From positions 1 through 60,873 of the forward strand of contig JBOHER010000435.1 of the NCBI GenBank assembly GCA_050701115.1: a stretch of 60,873 nucleotides of DNA. The letters are read 5' to 3'. The stretch is from Haloechinothrix sp. Its GTDB lineage: Bacteria; Actinomycetota; Actinomycetes; Mycobacteriales; Pseudonocardiaceae. Made by a program: the position numbers and the translations under genes. Below the pieces are notes generated by a model. The model made no database searches and had not been told where the DNA came from. It saw only the letters and a list, made by a program, of their open reading frames with translations. Below, piece after piece: positions 1-10,501 of the stretch; position 1 is the first letter of the stretch, and every line of letters starts with the position of its first letter.

Positions 1-255
1 GGCGATCCGGCGCGGTGGGCAGCATTCCGTGTGCTGAAACGGCCCGCGCCGGGTGGGTACCGTTGGCCCATGAGCGTTTCCCGCAAGGACAACAAGCACA
101 ACGCGGACCTGGTGAACGAGATCTCGGACAGTTTCAACCGGGCGATGGACCGCAAGAAGGACGGTGACCCGGGTCACGACGCAGACGAGGAGCGGGCAGC
201 CCCGCGCTTCCGGGTGACCGGTGACCAGCGCGTTCCGCCCGAACGACCTCGGTGA
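1..255 (+). CDS. 3' end of an unidentified protein-coding gene (open from window edge)
   Basis: Frame 1 is open from nt 1 to TGA 253-255. High GC3 and a charged tail (KDNKHNADLVNEISDSFNRAMDRKKDG). No family recognised. Confidence 0.35.
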   Translation, partial: GDPARWAAFRVLKRPAPGGYRWPMSVSRKDNKHNADLVNEISDSFNRAMDRKKDGDPGHDADEERAAPRFRVTGDQRVPPERPR

Positions 256-374
256 ACGCCGTCGTTGACACGGTGCCGGTAAGGCTGACCTGACCCGAGA
301 TTGGCGGTACGGTCGGCGTAATCTGCGGCGGAGTGAGGCCGTGCCGCACTCCGCAGTGACTCAAGGAGAGCCCA

Positions 375-695
375 GTGACCTACGTGATCGCCGAGCCCTG
401 CGTCGACGTGCTCGACAAGGCGTGCATCGACGAGTGCCCCGTGGACTGCATCTACGAGGGCGACCGGATGCTCTACATCCACCCCGACGAGTGTGTGGAC
501 TGCGGCGCTTGTGAGCCGGTGTGTCCGGTCGAGGCCATCTACTACGAGGACGACGTCCCGGACGAGTGGACCGCCTACACCAAGGCCAACGTCGACTTCT
601 TCGACAACCTCGGTTCACCGGGTGGCGCGGCCAAGGTCGGCAAGGTCAGCGACGATCCGCAGTGGATCAAGGACCTGCCGCCGCAGGGCGAATGA
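375..695 (+). CDS. fdxA: 7Fe ferredoxin (3Fe-4S/4Fe-4S)
   Basis: [29 protein letters not shown]...[21 protein letters not shown] is the classic actinobacterial FdxA cysteine pattern. SD AAGGAGAG at 363-370, GTG start. Confidence 0.95.
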   Translation: MTYVIAEPCVDVLDKACIDECPVDCIYEGDRMLYIHPDECVDCGACEPVCPVEAIYYEDDVPDEWTAYTKANVDFFDNLGSPGGAAKVGKVSDDPQWIKDLPPQGE

Positions 696-1807
696 GCCCT
701 GCGGGCGGCAGCCCCACCCGAGGCAGGGTGGGGCTGCCCGATTTTCCGTGGGACGCGCTCGCTCCTTATGGCGCGATGGCACGTGCGCACGCCGGCGGCC
801 TTGTCGATCTTTCGGTCGGCACCCCGGTCGACCCGGTTCCCTCCAGCATCCGTGCCGCTCTCGCCTCGGTGTCCGAGGTGCCCGGTTATCCGACGACGCA
901 CGGGACCCCGGCGCTGCGCGCCGCCGTGGTCGACGCCCTGGCCCGCAGGCACGGTGCGACGGGGATCGACCCGGACGCGGTGCTGCCGACCATCGGATCC
1001 AAGGAACTCGTCGCTTGGCTGCCCGGGCTGCTCGGCATCGGACCCGGCGATGTGGTGATGATTCCCGAGGTGGCCTACCCGACCTATGAGGTGGGCGCGC
1101 TGCTGGCGGGCGCGACCGTGATCCGGGCCGATGGACTCACCCAGGTCGGTCCCGCCCTGCCCGCGCTGATCTGGCTGAACTCGCCGTCGAACCCCAGCGG
1201 CCGGGTGCTCGGCGCCGACCATCTGCGCAAGGTCGTCGAGTGGGCCCGTGAACGAGGCACGATCGTCGTCTCCGACGAGTGCTACCTGGCCTTGGGCTGG
1301 GATAGCGAACCGGTGTCGGTGCTGCATCCCGAAGTGCATAGCGGCTCCCTCGACGGGATCCTCGCTGTGCACTCGCTGTCCAAGTCGGCCAATATGGCCA
1401 GCTATCGCGCGGGCTTCGTCACCGGCGACCCCGCACTGGTGGCTGAGCTGCTCGAGGTGCGCAAGCACGCCGGGATGATCGTGCCGCGCCCCGTGCAGGA
1501 AGCGATGCGGGTAGCGCTGGCCGATGATCAGGCCCTCGCCGAGCAGCGTGCGAGATACTCCGCGCGCCGTGACATCCTGCGGAAGGCACTGCAGGGCAAC
1601 GGCTTCCGGATCGACCACTCCGAAGCGGGCCTGTACCTGTGGGCCAGCCGCGACGAGGACTCGTGGCGCACGGTGGACTGGTTCGCGCAGCGCGGCATCC
1701 TGGTGGCGCCGGGCGCGTTCTACGGGCCGGCCGGAGCCCAGCACGTGCGCGTCGCGCTGACCGCGACCGACGAGCGCGTTCGGGCCGCCGCCGACCGGCT
1801 GGCGTGA
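692..1807 (+). CDS. dapC: N-succinyldiaminopimelate aminotransferase (class I PLP aminotransferase)
   Basis: ATG at 692 overlaps the fdxA stop (ATGA). Motifs NSPSNPSG and [14 protein letters not shown] (PLP lysine). fdxA-dapC adjacency as in mycobacteria. The 521 start in the ORF track is a frame extension over fdxA. Confidence 0.85.
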   Translation: MSPAGGSPTRGRVGLPDFPWDALAPYGAMARAHAGGLVDLSVGTPVDPVPSSIRAALASVSEVPGYPTTHGTPALRAAVVDALARRHGATGIDPDAVLPTIGSKELVAWLPGLLGIGPGDVVMIPEVAYPTYEVGALLAGATVIRADGLTQVGPALPALIWLNSPSNPSGRVLGADHLRKVVEWARERGTIVVSDECYLALGWDSEPVSVLHPEVHSGSLDGILAVHSLSKSANMASYRAGFVTGDPALVAELLEVRKHAGMIVPRPVQEAMRVALADDQALAEQRARYSARRDILRKALQGNGFRIDHSEAGLYLWASRDEDSWRTVDWFAQRGILVAPGAFYGPAGAQHVRVALTATDERVRAAADRLA

Positions 1808-1923
1808 GCGGGTGTTGGAAGTCTGCGGCGGCCCGCACCACGCCGAGCGGAGCGAGGCCGGTCGGCGCTGCCGCCGCCGACCGGCTGGCGTGAGCGGGTG
1901 TTGGAAGTCTGCGGCGGCCCGCA
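1784..1923. repeat. Perfect 54-bp direct repeat (1784-1837 and 1870-1923, offset 86 bp) duplicating the dapC 3' end and stop codon
   Basis: gccgccgccgaccggctggcgtgagcgggtgttggaagtctgcggcggcccgca occurs twice, read directly from the sequence. Confidence 0.9.
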
Positions 1924-1933
1924 GGCTGGCGCG

Positions 1934-2896
1934 CTAGAGTAGCGGCACCGCAGAGTCGCTGATGCGGTGCCATACGGCAGGCCATGTTGCGCGCACCTGG
2001 GCGCGGCGGGCGTGTTCTCGCTCGACGATCCTGCCCGCGACGAAGGCCACCCTGGCATCTGCCTCGCTCTGCGCGGCGAGTCCACGAATCCGCTCGGCTG
2101 CCACCACCGCGTCCTGGTGCTCGCCGAGCAGGTCCTGCAGGGCCTTGCATTCCTTGATCACGGCCTTGAGTTGCCTGGTATCGGACTTGCGTGCCGATGG
2201 CAGCGCTGTCTCGGCCGCGTACCGCAACCGCTTGCCGAGAATCCGCAGTTCGTGCAGATCGTCGTCGAGCGGGTCCTCGGCGAGCGTGTCGACGGCTCGC
2301 GCCAGCTTCCGGAAGGGCTTGCGCAGCGATGCGAGCAGCTTCGTGCCGTCCCGTTCCGGTAGCGCTGAATCGGCATCGGTGTCGTGGTCCTTGGCCGTAG
2401 CCAACGCGGCGATGCCTGCCAGCAGCTTGGCGTAGCGGGGGCTGGACAACGCGCGGTTGAGCGTGCGGCGATCGTGCCCGCGTTCCCGCCGCAGCGCGGA
2501 GATCAGCGTTGCCGCCGCGGCCCGGTCCACCGGATCGAAGTCGGCGACGTCGTCGTTCAGCCGCATCAGCAGCACGTCGAGGTCGCGGACCGGGCCGGTG
2601 ATGGTGCCCAGCCGGCTCAGCTCCGCGCGCACCGCCTCCCCGTCGGCACCGAACATCGGCGAGGTCTTGAGCAGGCTGCGCAACCTGCGGATGGCGACCC
2701 GGAACTGGTGCAGATCCTCCGGGTCCGCACCGGATCGGGTGCCGTCCTGGCAGGCCAGCAACGCGCGCAGTTGAGCATCCACCCGCGCCCGTGCGTGCTC
2801 GCCTGCACCCGCGGACTGCGCGACGACCGGCGCTTGTTCGGGCAGCCCGAACTCGCTGGGTAACGGCGCAGGTCGCCGGGCAGGAGCGGTCATCAC
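1934..2896 (-). CDS. CHAD domain-containing protein
   Basis: Helical, Arg-rich protein with LHQFRVAIRRLRSLL and LHELRILGKRLRYAAE, the two signature CHAD repeats. Confidence 0.8.
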   Translation of the reverse strand: MMTAPARRPAPLPSEFGLPEQAPVVAQSAGAGEHARARVDAQLRALLACQDGTRSGADPEDLHQFRVAIRRLRSLLKTSPMFGADGEAVRAELSRLGTITGPVRDLDVLLMRLNDDVADFDPVDRAAAATLISALRRERGHDRRTLNRALSSPRYAKLLAGIAALATAKDHDTDADSALPERDGTKLLASLRKPFRKLARAVDTLAEDPLDDDLHELRILGKRLRYAAETALPSARKSDTRQLKAVIKECKALQDLLGEHQDAVVAAERIRGLAAQSEADARVAFVAGRIVEREHARRAQVRATWPAVWHRISDSAVPLL

Positions 2897-2950
2897 CGAA
2901 ATTCTAGGTGAGGCGGCGGTCGGTGATCAGCCGCCATTCGCACGGACCGG

Positions 2951-3949
2951 TCAGTCGTTGGCGTGCAGATCTGCGTTGAGTTCGATGCCGGTGCCCTCAC
3001 GGCGAACGACCTCCACCGCGCCGGTGGCCGAGTTGCGGCGGAACAGCCCGCCGGAGATGCCGGACAGCTCCCGAGCCTTGATCAGCTTGCCCGCAAAGTT
3101 GACCTTGGTGCCCGCCGTGACGTAAAGCCCGGCCTCGACCACCGAATCATCGCCGAGCGAGATGCCGATGCCCGCGTTGGCGCCGATCAGGCAGCGTTCC
3201 CCGACCGAAATGATCTCCTTGCCGCCACCGGAGAGGGTGCCCATGATCGAAGCGCCACCGCCGAGGTCGGTGCCGTCGCCTACGACGACGCCCGCGGAGA
3301 TCCTGCCCTCGACCATGGAGGCGCCGCGCGTCCCGGCGTTGAAGTTGACGAAGCCCTCGTGCATCACGGTGGTGCCCGGCGCCAGGTGGGCGCCGAGACG
3401 CACCCGGTCGGCGTCGCCGATGCGCACGCCGGTCGGTATGACGTAGTCGACCATCCGGGGGACCTTGTCGATGCCGTAGACGGTGACCGGTCCCCGTGCG
3501 CGCAGGCGCATGCGGGTCGCCTCGAAGCCTTCGACGGGGCAGGGACCGTGGTTGGTCCACACCACGTTGGTCAGCAGGCCGAACACGCCATCCATGTTCT
3601 GGCCGTGCGGCGGAACCAGGCGGTGCGAGAGCAGGTGCAGTCGCAGGTAGACGTCGTGCGCGTCGGCAGGCGCCGCTGAGAGTGTGCCGATCGTGGTGCG
3701 CACGGCGATGACCTCGACCCCGCGGTCGTTGTCCGCTCCGAGTAGCGCGGCGGCGGACTCGCCGAGCGCAGCGACGGTCTCCTCGACGGACAATCGGCGG
3801 GTGCCGGTCTGTTCGCTCGCATCGGCCAGCTTGGGGTGCGGAAACCAGGTGTCCAGCACGGCCCCATCGGTGCTGATGGTGGCCAGGCCGACGCCGGTCG
3901 CGCCGGTGTTATCGGGGTTGGGGGTCTGCTCGCTGCTCACAGCGAACAC
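2951..3949 (-). CDS. dapD: 2,3,4,5-tetrahydropyridine-2,6-dicarboxylate N-succinyltransferase
   Basis: Actinobacterial long-form DapD: [18 protein letters not shown]-domain plus a C-terminal left-handed beta-helix with hexapeptide repeats ([12 protein letters not shown].., [23 protein letters not shown]). Start could be GTG 3949 or 3940. Confidence 0.9.
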   Translation of the reverse strand: MFAVSSEQTPNPDNTGATGVGLATISTDGAVLDTWFPHPKLADASEQTGTRRLSVEETVAALGESAAALLGADNDRGVEVIAVRTTIGTLSAAPADAHDVYLRLHLLSHRLVPPHGQNMDGVFGLLTNVVWTNHGPCPVEGFEATRMRLRARGPVTVYGIDKVPRMVDYVIPTGVRIGDADRVRLGAHLAPGTTVMHEGFVNFNAGTRGASMVEGRISAGVVVGDGTDLGGGASIMGTLSGGGKEIISVGERCLIGANAGIGISLGDDSVVEAGLYVTAGTKVNFAGKLIKARELSGISGGLFRRNSATGAVEVVRREGTGIELNADLHAND

Positions 3950-3985
3950 GGTAACCGGTGCACCTGAGCTTGCGCCCGTGTGGTC

Positions 3986-4414
3986 TCACTCGGCTGCCAG
4001 CACGGCATGGGCGTCCTCGACGGCGGCGGCCAGATCGGACAGCGCGGTACCGCACACCTGATCGGAGGCCGACGAGTCGGTGTGGCAACGAGCGTCGCGG
4101 TAGGCGGTGATGCCGTCCTGCATCCGGCCGGCGGGCTCGGCCAGGTCGGGCTGACCCGCGCGCGCGGTCGCGGCCACCGTGCTCGCGGTATTGCCCAGCT
4201 GGGTGATGAACTTCTCGCACGACTGCGGCTGCTGCTGCGTCGGTTGCCGATGGCAGGGATCGCTCATCAGCGCGCGCAGCTTGGTCCGCAGCACCTCGAG
4301 CTCTGCCGGGTCAGCGGGCGGCCGTTGCGGTGGTGGGCCCTGACCCTGCCCGCAAGCACTGAGCGTCAGCACCAGGGCGACGCCGACACCGAGCAGGACT
4401 TCTCGTATGCGCAC
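3986..4414 (-). CDS. Putative lipoprotein
   Basis: GTG start, then signal peptide and lipobox ([21 protein letters not shown]). Mature part has 4 Cys. The longer 258-aa track ORF runs antisense into dapE. Confidence 0.6.
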   Translation of the reverse strand: MRIREVLLGVGVALVLTLSACGQGQGPPPQRPPADPAELEVLRTKLRALMSDPCHRQPTQQQPQSCEKFITQLGNTASTVAATARAGQPDLAEPAGRMQDGITAYRDARCHTDSSASDQVCGTALSDLAAAVEDAHAVLAAE

Positions 4415-4457
4415 GCCCTCACCGTACGCAGGTCCGGTTGTCGGTACGGTCTCGCGT

Positions 4458-5534
4458 ATGACCGCGCTCGATTTGCATGCCGACCCCGTTGAGCTGACCG
4501 CAGCATTGGTCGACGTGCCCAGTGTCTCGGGACAGGAGCGCGAGCTCGCCGACGCCGTGGAACGCGCATTGCGTGCGCAGGCCCCGCATCTGGAGGTGGT
4601 CCGCGACGGCGACGCGGTGCTGGCCCGCACGAATCTGGGCCGGCCAACGCGGGTGATCTTGGCGGGCCATCTGGACACGGTGCCGGTCAACGGCAACCTG
4701 CCGCTGCGCCGCACCGGTTCCGGGTCGACCGAGGTGCTGCACGGCTTGGGCACGGTGGACATGAAGGGCGGCGACGCGGTGTTCCTGTCGCTGGCCGGAA
4801 CGGTGCCCGAGCCGCGCCACGACGTGACCTTCGTGTTCTACGACTGCGAGGAGATCGAGGTGGCGCGCAACGGGCTCGGCCGGATCGAGCGCACGCTGCC
4901 CGAGTGGCTGCGGGCGGACCTGGCCATCGTGGGCGAGCCGTCCAACGCGATCATCGAAGGCGGCTGTCAGGGCACCATCCGGGTCGAGCTGCACCAGTCG
5001 GGCAGGCGGGCGCACACCGCTCGCGCCTGGATGGGCGTCAACGCGATCCACGCGCTCGCCGAACCGCTGCGCCGGCTCGAGCAGTACCAGCCGAGAGTGG
5101 TCGACATCGACGGCCTGACTTACCGGGAAGGGCTGCAGGCGGTGCGGGTGTCGGGCGGGGTGACGGGCAACGTGGTGCCGGACGAAGCGGTACTCGCGAT
5201 CAATCACCGCTTCGCCCCGGATCGCAGTCCCGAACAGGCGCAGGCGCATCTGCGGGAGGTCTTCGACGGTTATCGGTTTACCGTTACCGATGTCTCCGGT
5301 GGGGCCCTGCCGGGCCTGAGTGCGCCCGCCGCGATGGAACTGGTACGGGCATCGGGTGCCGCGCCGGTGGCCAAGCTCGGCTGGACCGACGTGGCCCGCT
5401 TCGCCGCGCTCGGCATGCCCGCGGTGAACTTCGGCCCCGGCGACCCGACGCTGGCGCACACCGCGGAGGAGCAGGTCGCCGCGACCGATATCACCCGGGT
5501 CGCCGAGGTGCTGCGCGCGTTCCTCGTCGGCTGA
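4458..5534 (+). CDS. dapE: Succinyl-diaminopimelate desuccinylase (M20 peptidase)
   Basis: [27 protein letters not shown].., [13 protein letters not shown] and EPS motifs of M20/DapE. Start chosen at ATG 4458 (track gives 4407). Confidence 0.9.
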   Translation: MTALDLHADPVELTAALVDVPSVSGQERELADAVERALRAQAPHLEVVRDGDAVLARTNLGRPTRVILAGHLDTVPVNGNLPLRRTGSGSTEVLHGLGTVDMKGGDAVFLSLAGTVPEPRHDVTFVFYDCEEIEVARNGLGRIERTLPEWLRADLAIVGEPSNAIIEGGCQGTIRVELHQSGRRAHTARAWMGVNAIHALAEPLRRLEQYQPRVVDIDGLTYREGLQAVRVSGGVTGNVVPDEAVLAINHRFAPDRSPEQAQAHLREVFDGYRFTVTDVSGGALPGLSAPAAMELVRASGAAPVAKLGWTDVARFAALGMPAVNFGPGDPTLAHTAEEQVAATDITRVAEVLRAFLVG

Positions 5535-5562
5535 TTGCGGCCAGACGCACTACTGTTGCGGC

Positions 5563-6348
5563 GTGGCCGATCCAGGAGCAAACGTCGATTACGAGTACCC
5601 CGAGCACCCACGGGAGAAGCACCGGGGCCCGGTGGTGCTGCGCCGTTCGAGCAGGGACGAGACATCAACCACCGATCAGCGGCTGCTCGACACCCGGGGG
5701 CCGTCGGATTGGGTGCACACCGACCCGTGGCGGGTACTGCGTATCCAGGCCGAGTTCGTCGAGGGATTCGGCGCGCTCGCCGAAGTTCCCCGGGCCGTCA
5801 CCGTGTTCGGGTCGGCCCGCACCAAGCGCGATCAGCCCGAGTACCAGCTGGGCCGAGACATCGGTGCCGCGCTGGCCGGCGCGGGTTTCGCTGCGATCAC
5901 CGGCGGCGGTCCGGGCACCATGGAGGCGGTCAACCGCGGCTGTTCCGAGGCGGGCGGGCTGTCCATCGGACTGGGCATCGAGCTGCCCTTCGAGCAGGGC
6001 CTCAACCCGTGGGTCGACCTCGGCGTGAACTTCCGGTACTTCTTCACCCGCAAGACGATGTTCATCAAGTACGCGCAGGCGTTCATCTGCCTGCCGGGCG
6101 GATTCGGCACCCTGGACGAGCTGTTCGAGGCGCTCACCCTTGTGCAGACCAAGAAGGTCACCAAGTTCCCGGTTGTGCTCTTCGGCAGCGACTACTGGGG
6201 TGGCCTGCACGACTGGATCGAGCGCACCGTCTGCGCCGAGGGCAAGATCAGCGGGGCGGATTTGAAGCTGCTGCACGTCACCGACGAGATCGACGACGCT
6301 GTGCAGGTGGTCAAGGACGCCTACCAGGCGTGGGAGGACACGCACTGA
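5563..6348 (+). CDS. TIGR00730/LOG-family Rossmann-fold protein (cytokinin riboside 5'-monophosphate phosphoribohydrolase-like)
   Basis: VFGSAR..., GGGPGTMEA and PGGFGTLDELFE motifs (PGGxGTxxE signature). Confidence 0.85.
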   Translation: MADPGANVDYEYPEHPREKHRGPVVLRRSSRDETSTTDQRLLDTRGPSDWVHTDPWRVLRIQAEFVEGFGALAEVPRAVTVFGSARTKRDQPEYQLGRDIGAALAGAGFAAITGGGPGTMEAVNRGCSEAGGLSIGLGIELPFEQGLNPWVDLGVNFRYFFTRKTMFIKYAQAFICLPGGFGTLDELFEALTLVQTKKVTKFPVVLFGSDYWGGLHDWIERTVCAEGKISGADLKLLHVTDEIDDAVQVVKDAYQAWEDTH

Positions 6349-6416
6349 GCGAGACGCAAATCGACCCCTCGTGAGTGAAAGTTGTTGCATGGGCAACCAT
6401 GACCACTCACGACCCC

Positions 6417-7142
6417 TCAGGCGGCGGCGGCGTCCGGCCGTTTGTGGTAGCTGTCCACGTACTCCTGACCGGACAGCTCGAGGATGGCGTACATGATCTC
6501 GTCGGTCACCGCGCGCCGCACGGCGGGCGATGCGTCCAGCCCGGCGTAGCGGGAGAACTCGAGGGGCTCGCCGAAGCGCACCGTGATGCGATGCAGCCGG
6601 GGGATCAGCTTGCCGACCGGGAGCAGCTTCTCGGTGCCGAACAGGGCGACCGGCACCACCGGAGCGCCGGTGGTCAAGGCGAGCTGGGCGACGCCGGTCC
6701 GCCCGCGGTGCAGCCGCCCGTCGCGGGAGCGGGTGCCTTCCGGGTAGATCCCGAACGCGCCGCCCGACTCAAGCACCTTCGTCGCGGAGTCGAGCGCACC
6801 GAGCGCGGCGTGCGCGTTGCCCCGGTCCACCGGGATATAGCCCAGCGCGGACAGGAAGCTGGCCATTAGCCTGCCCTTTATGCCGTTACCTTCGAAGTAC
6901 TCGGCTTTGCTGAGGAAGGCGACCGGCCGGGGAGTCACGATGGGAATGACCGCGGTGTCGACCGCGGAGAGATGATTCGCGGCGATGATCAGGGGGCCGG
7001 TCATCGGAACGCGATGCGCTCCGTCAACGATCGGTCGGTACACCAGGCGGGCCAGCGGGGAGAGCAGATATCGAATCAGCAGGTGTAGCAAGTGCGCGCG
7101 TCCAAGCTCGAGGATCCTTCGGGGTGGTGTCCCCTCAAGCAT
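6417..7142 (-). CDS. 1-acyl-sn-glycerol-3-phosphate acyltransferase family protein
   Basis: HX4D motif (NHLSAVD), FLSKAE and IYPEGTRS blocks. Only the last 241 codons of the 747-aa track ORF are credible, because the rest is antisense to gpgS. Confidence 0.85.
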   Translation of the reverse strand: MLEGTPPRRILELGRAHLLHLLIRYLLSPLARLVYRPIVDGAHRVPMTGPLIIAANHLSAVDTAVIPIVTPRPVAFLSKAEYFEGNGIKGRLMASFLSALGYIPVDRGNAHAALGALDSATKVLESGGAFGIYPEGTRSRDGRLHRGRTGVAQLALTTGAPVVPVALFGTEKLLPVGKLIPRLHRITVRFGEPLEFSRYAGLDASPAVRRAVTDEIMYAILELSGQEYVDSYHKRPDAAAA

Positions 7143-7232
7143 GGCACGATCGGAGGCCGTGACGAACCTCCAAATGGGTTTCCCCTGCCCTGTGCCCTTG
7201 CTCACACGGGCTGCTGAGCTGCGAGTACGGGC

Positions 7233-8153
7233 ATGACCCCGTACTTGCCGCGCACCTACCAGCGGCAGTCGTGGACGCTGGATGATCTTGCCGCGGCGAA
7301 GGGGTCGACCACCGTCTCGGTGGTGCTGCCCGCGCTGAACGAGGAGCAGACCGTCGGCGCCGTCGTGGCGTCGGTGCTCCCACTCGCCGGAACCATTGTG
7401 GACGAAGTGGTCGTGGTGGATTCCGGTTCCACCGACCGCACCGCGCAGGTCGCCGCGACCGCGGGTGCGCGCGTGGTGCACCGGCACGAGGTACTGCCCG
7501 ACCTGGAGCCCCTGCCCGGCAAGGGGGAGGTGCTCTGGCGTTCGCTCGCGGCCACCACCGGCGACCTGATCGTGTTCATCGACTCCGATCTGATTGATCC
7601 GGATCCCACCTTCGTGCCCGGCCTGCTCGGGCCGGTGCTGCTCGATTCGGGTGTGCACCTGGTCAAGGGCTTCTATCGACGTCCGCTGCGGCTGGAGACG
7701 GCCGAAGCGGGAACCGGTGGCGGCAGGGTCACCGAAGTGCTCGCGCGTCCGGTGCTCTCGGCGCTGCGGCCCGCGTTGGCCGGACTGATCCAACCGCTCG
7801 GCGGCGAGTATGCGGCCACCCGCGAGTTCCTGGAGCAGGTGCCGTTCGCCGCGGGGTACGGAGTCGAGATCGGACTGCTGCTCGACGCCGAACGGCTCTA
7901 CGGGCTGGACGGCCTGGCGCAGGTGAACCTCGGCGTTCGCAAGCACCGCAACCGTTCGCTGCTGCAACTGGGCGTGATGGCACGGCAGATACTGGGGGCC
8001 GCGCTGGGCCGCTGCGGCATCGATGCGGGCGCGGCATCGGCCGCCGACTTCACCCAGTTCGTCCAGGTGGCGGGTGAGTGGCTGGCGGAGAGCACCGAGG
8101 TGCTGGTCGCCGACCGGCCGCCGATGCGGGAGGTACTCGCGGGTCGGCGCTGA
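7233..8153 (+). CDS. gpgS: Glucosyl-3-phosphoglycerate synthase (GT81)
   Basis: VSVVLPALNEE..., VVVDSGSTDRT and FIDSDL (DxD) motifs. Position next to the DivIVA-domain gene and tag as in mycobacteria. Confidence 0.85.
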   Translation: MTPYLPRTYQRQSWTLDDLAAAKGSTTVSVVLPALNEEQTVGAVVASVLPLAGTIVDEVVVVDSGSTDRTAQVAATAGARVVHRHEVLPDLEPLPGKGEVLWRSLAATTGDLIVFIDSDLIDPDPTFVPGLLGPVLLDSGVHLVKGFYRRPLRLETAEAGTGGGRVTEVLARPVLSALRPALAGLIQPLGGEYAATREFLEQVPFAAGYGVEIGLLLDAERLYGLDGLAQVNLGVRKHRNRSLLQLGVMARQILGAALGRCGIDAGAASAADFTQFVQVAGEWLAESTEVLVADRPPMREVLAGRR

Positions 8154-8183
8154 CCTGCCGGGCGGACATGCCACGATCGTCGG

Positions 8184-8552
8184 GTGACCACTGCGCTGGT
8201 GTACCTCGTATTCATGCTGCTCGTGGCGGCTGTGGTGTTCCTGCTGGCGGCGATGGTGTTCGGCCGTGGCGAGGAACTGGCGCCGCTGCCACCGGGAGCG
8301 TCGCCGACCCGGCTTCCCGCAGGCGACATCACCAGCGACGATCTGGGTCAGGTGAAGTTCCAGTTGGTGCTGCGCGGATACAAGATGTCCGAGGTCGACT
8401 GGGTGATGCAGCGGATCGGCCTTGAGCTCGACGAACTGCGGGAGAAGGTCGCCACCCTGGAACAGCGTTGTGCCGAAGCCGGTCTGCTCGAGCCGGCCGT
8501 CGAGCAGGAGATTCCGGCAGCGGATGACCGCGGCGAACGGGGCGGCGCGTGA
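8184..8552 (+). CDS. DivIVA domain-containing membrane protein
   Basis: N-terminal TM helix, then FQLVLRGYKMSEVDWVMQRIGLELDELRE, a DivIVA-type N-terminal motif. Confidence 0.7.
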   Translation: MTTALVYLVFMLLVAAVVFLLAAMVFGRGEELAPLPPGASPTRLPAGDITSDDLGQVKFQLVLRGYKMSEVDWVMQRIGLELDELREKVATLEQRCAEAGLLEPAVEQEIPAADDRGERGGA

Positions 8553-9148
8553 CCGCGGTGGTGGACGGCAGGCCGCGCTGCCCGTGGGCGAACGCGGCGC
8601 CGGTGTACGCCGAATACCACGACACCGAGTGGGGCGTCCCGCTGCACGGCGAGATCGCACTGTTCGAACGGCTGTGCCTCGAGTCGTTCCAGTCCGGGCT
8701 TTCCTGGTTGGTGATCCTGCGCAAGCGGAAAGGCTTCCGGCGGGCCTTCGCCGGGTTCGATCCCGCGCTGGTCGCCGAGTTCACCGATGCCGACGTGGCC
8801 CGGTTGCTGGACGACGCGGGCATTGTGCGGAACCGCGCCAAGATCGCCGCGTCCATCGCCAACGCGCGCGTTGTGGTCGCGCTCGATCGGCCGCTGGACG
8901 AACTGCTGTGGTCCTTCGCGCCCGACGGAGCGGACAAGGTCCGCCCGGCAGGCATCGATGACGTGCCCGCGGTGACCCCGGAGTCGCGAGCCATGGCCGG
9001 CGAGCTCAAGCGCCTCGGTTTCTCCTTCGTCGGCCCGACCACCTGCTACGCGCTCATGCAGGCCACCGGCATGGTCGATGACCACGTCGCAGGCTGCTGG
9101 CGCGCACTTGAGGCTGCCACGCACGAGAGTGCGCTCAGGCTCCGGTGA
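8549..9148 (+). CDS. tag: DNA-3-methyladenine glycosylase I
   Basis: RCPWANAAPVYAEYHDTEWGVP, FERLCLESFQSGLSWLVILRKR and CYALMQATGMVDDH. GTGA overlap with the upstream gene. Confidence 0.9.
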   Translation: MTAVVDGRPRCPWANAAPVYAEYHDTEWGVPLHGEIALFERLCLESFQSGLSWLVILRKRKGFRRAFAGFDPALVAEFTDADVARLLDDAGIVRNRAKIAASIANARVVVALDRPLDELLWSFAPDGADKVRPAGIDDVPAVTPESRAMAGELKRLGFSFVGPTTCYALMQATGMVDDHVAGCWRALEAATHESALRLR

Positions 9149-9971
9149 ACCTGGGGGTGCGCTTGGCGACGAACGCGTCGACGGCCTCACGGTGGTCAGC
9201 GGTCTGCCCGAGGTCGTTCTGCGCGGCCTGTTCCACGGTGAGTGCCTCGGCAAGGGTGGACCGCGCCGCAGCCGCCAATGCGCCCTTGATCTTCCGGTAC
9301 GCCACCGTGGGACCAGCGGCGAACCGCGCGGCGAGCTCCTGGGCACGGGGCAGCAGGACCTCGTCCTGGACCACCTCGGTGACCAGCCCGATACGCAACG
9401 CCTCGTCGGCATCGACCGTACGGCCCAGCAACATCAACTCGGTCGCCCTGCCGAATCCGATCAGCCGCTGCAACGTCCACGACGCGCCGGAGTCCGGCCC
9501 GAGCCCGACGTTGGCGAAGGCCATCAGGAAGTTCGACGACCGCGCGGCGATGCGGATGTCGGCGGCATAGGCGAACGCCGCCCCCGCACCAGCGGCGGGT
9601 CCGTTCACCGCGGCGATGATCGGCTTGGGCATTTCGGCGATGGCGATGGTGATCGGGTTGTAGTGCGCTTCGACCGTGCGGAGCGGCGCGGGGTCTCCTG
9701 CCACCAAAAGGCCGACGTGCTCTTTGAGGTCCTGGCCCGCGCAGAACGCCTTGCCGGCGCCGGTCAGCACGATCGCACGTACCTGGTCGTCGGCCGCTGC
9801 GGCCCGGAGCGCCTCGAGCAGCCGCTCCTTGAGCTCGACGTTGAGGGAGTTATACGCCCGCGGCCGGTTGAGGGTGATGGTGCGAACGCCATCAGCGTCG
9901 GCGGTGGTCAGCACATCCGCGTTCGATGCGGCCTGCTCGTCCTCGGTGGTCGGCACTTCTCGGCTCCTCAC
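9135..9971 (-). CDS. Enoyl-CoA hydratase/isomerase family protein
   Basis: ITLNRPRAYNSL, LTGAGKAFCAGQDL and AAVNGPAAGAGAAFA crotonase-fold motifs. Confidence 0.85.
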   Translation of the reverse strand: MRSREVPTTEDEQAASNADVLTTADADGVRTITLNRPRAYNSLNVELKERLLEALRAAAADDQVRAIVLTGAGKAFCAGQDLKEHVGLLVAGDPAPLRTVEAHYNPITIAIAEMPKPIIAAVNGPAAGAGAAFAYAADIRIAARSSNFLMAFANVGLGPDSGASWTLQRLIGFGRATELMLLGRTVDADEALRIGLVTEVVQDEVLLPRAQELAARFAAGPTVAYRKIKGALAAAARSTLAEALTVEQAAQNDLGQTADHREAVDAFVAKRTPRFTGA

Positions 9972-10317
9972 TGGTCGACCGTCGGCTCTGCGCCCGGACC
10001 GTGCGCGGTCCAGTGCGGTCCGAGCACCTTGTCAGCCTGCCCGAAGCTGGTCGGGGGTCCAACCCTGGGTCGACAATTCCCGCCGTCGACCGGATGAGTC
10101 GCATACCTGCGTTGACGCGCGTCCGCTAGGCCGCATCCGCTTTCGCTGCTAGATCAGCAGTAGGGGACAATGAGAGCGTGAGGTCTCAACGGCGGGCGCG
10201 CGTGGGTGCTGGGGACTTGATCTCCTGCGCGCCGTCGAGGAAGCCTCGTCGACCCGGTTGGCTTTGGCGAGCGCGAGCCGGGCGCGCTGGTTGATGTTGA
10301 TACGGAGGGAGCACGCT

Positions 10318-10485
10318 ATGGCGGCCATGAAGCCCCGGACCGGAGATGGTCCCCTCGAGGTAACAAAGGAGGGGCGGGGCCTCGTGATGCGCGTGCCGCT
10401 CGAGGGCGGTGGGCGACTCGTCGTCGAGCTGACGGCCGAGGAAGCCAAGGACCTCGGCGCGGCCCTGCAGGAGGCCACCAGCTGA
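10318..10485 (+). CDS. DUF3117 domain-containing protein
   Basis: MAAMKPRTGDGPLEVTKEGRGLVMRVPLEGGGRLVVELT is near-identical in pattern to the small conserved actinobacterial protein (Rv1211-like). ATG at 10318 preferred over the track start 10258. Confidence 0.85.
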   Translation: MAAMKPRTGDGPLEVTKEGRGLVMRVPLEGGGRLVVELTAEEAKDLGAALQEATS

Positions 10486-10501
10486 GTCGCACCCCTTTCG
10501 A

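Noticed and set aside
575-1744. 389-aa ORF antisense to dapC, and similar long shadow ORFs (e.g. 1419..2150, 10316..11530, 15650..17479, 31769..33391, 41711..43615, 43601..45730, 47803..49443, 55690..56823, 58832..60364)
   Set aside because: Their translations are Arg/Pro/Gly-rich low-complexity sequence with no motifs. Each lies opposite or out of frame to a gene with clear family signatures. Such open frames are expected by chance in DNA this GC-rich.
6417-8660. 747-aa ORF on the minus strand
   Set aside because: Only the C-terminal 241 codons (6417..7142) encode a recognisable acyltransferase. The remainder runs antisense through gpgS and the DivIVA-domain gene and translates to Arg-rich nonsense.
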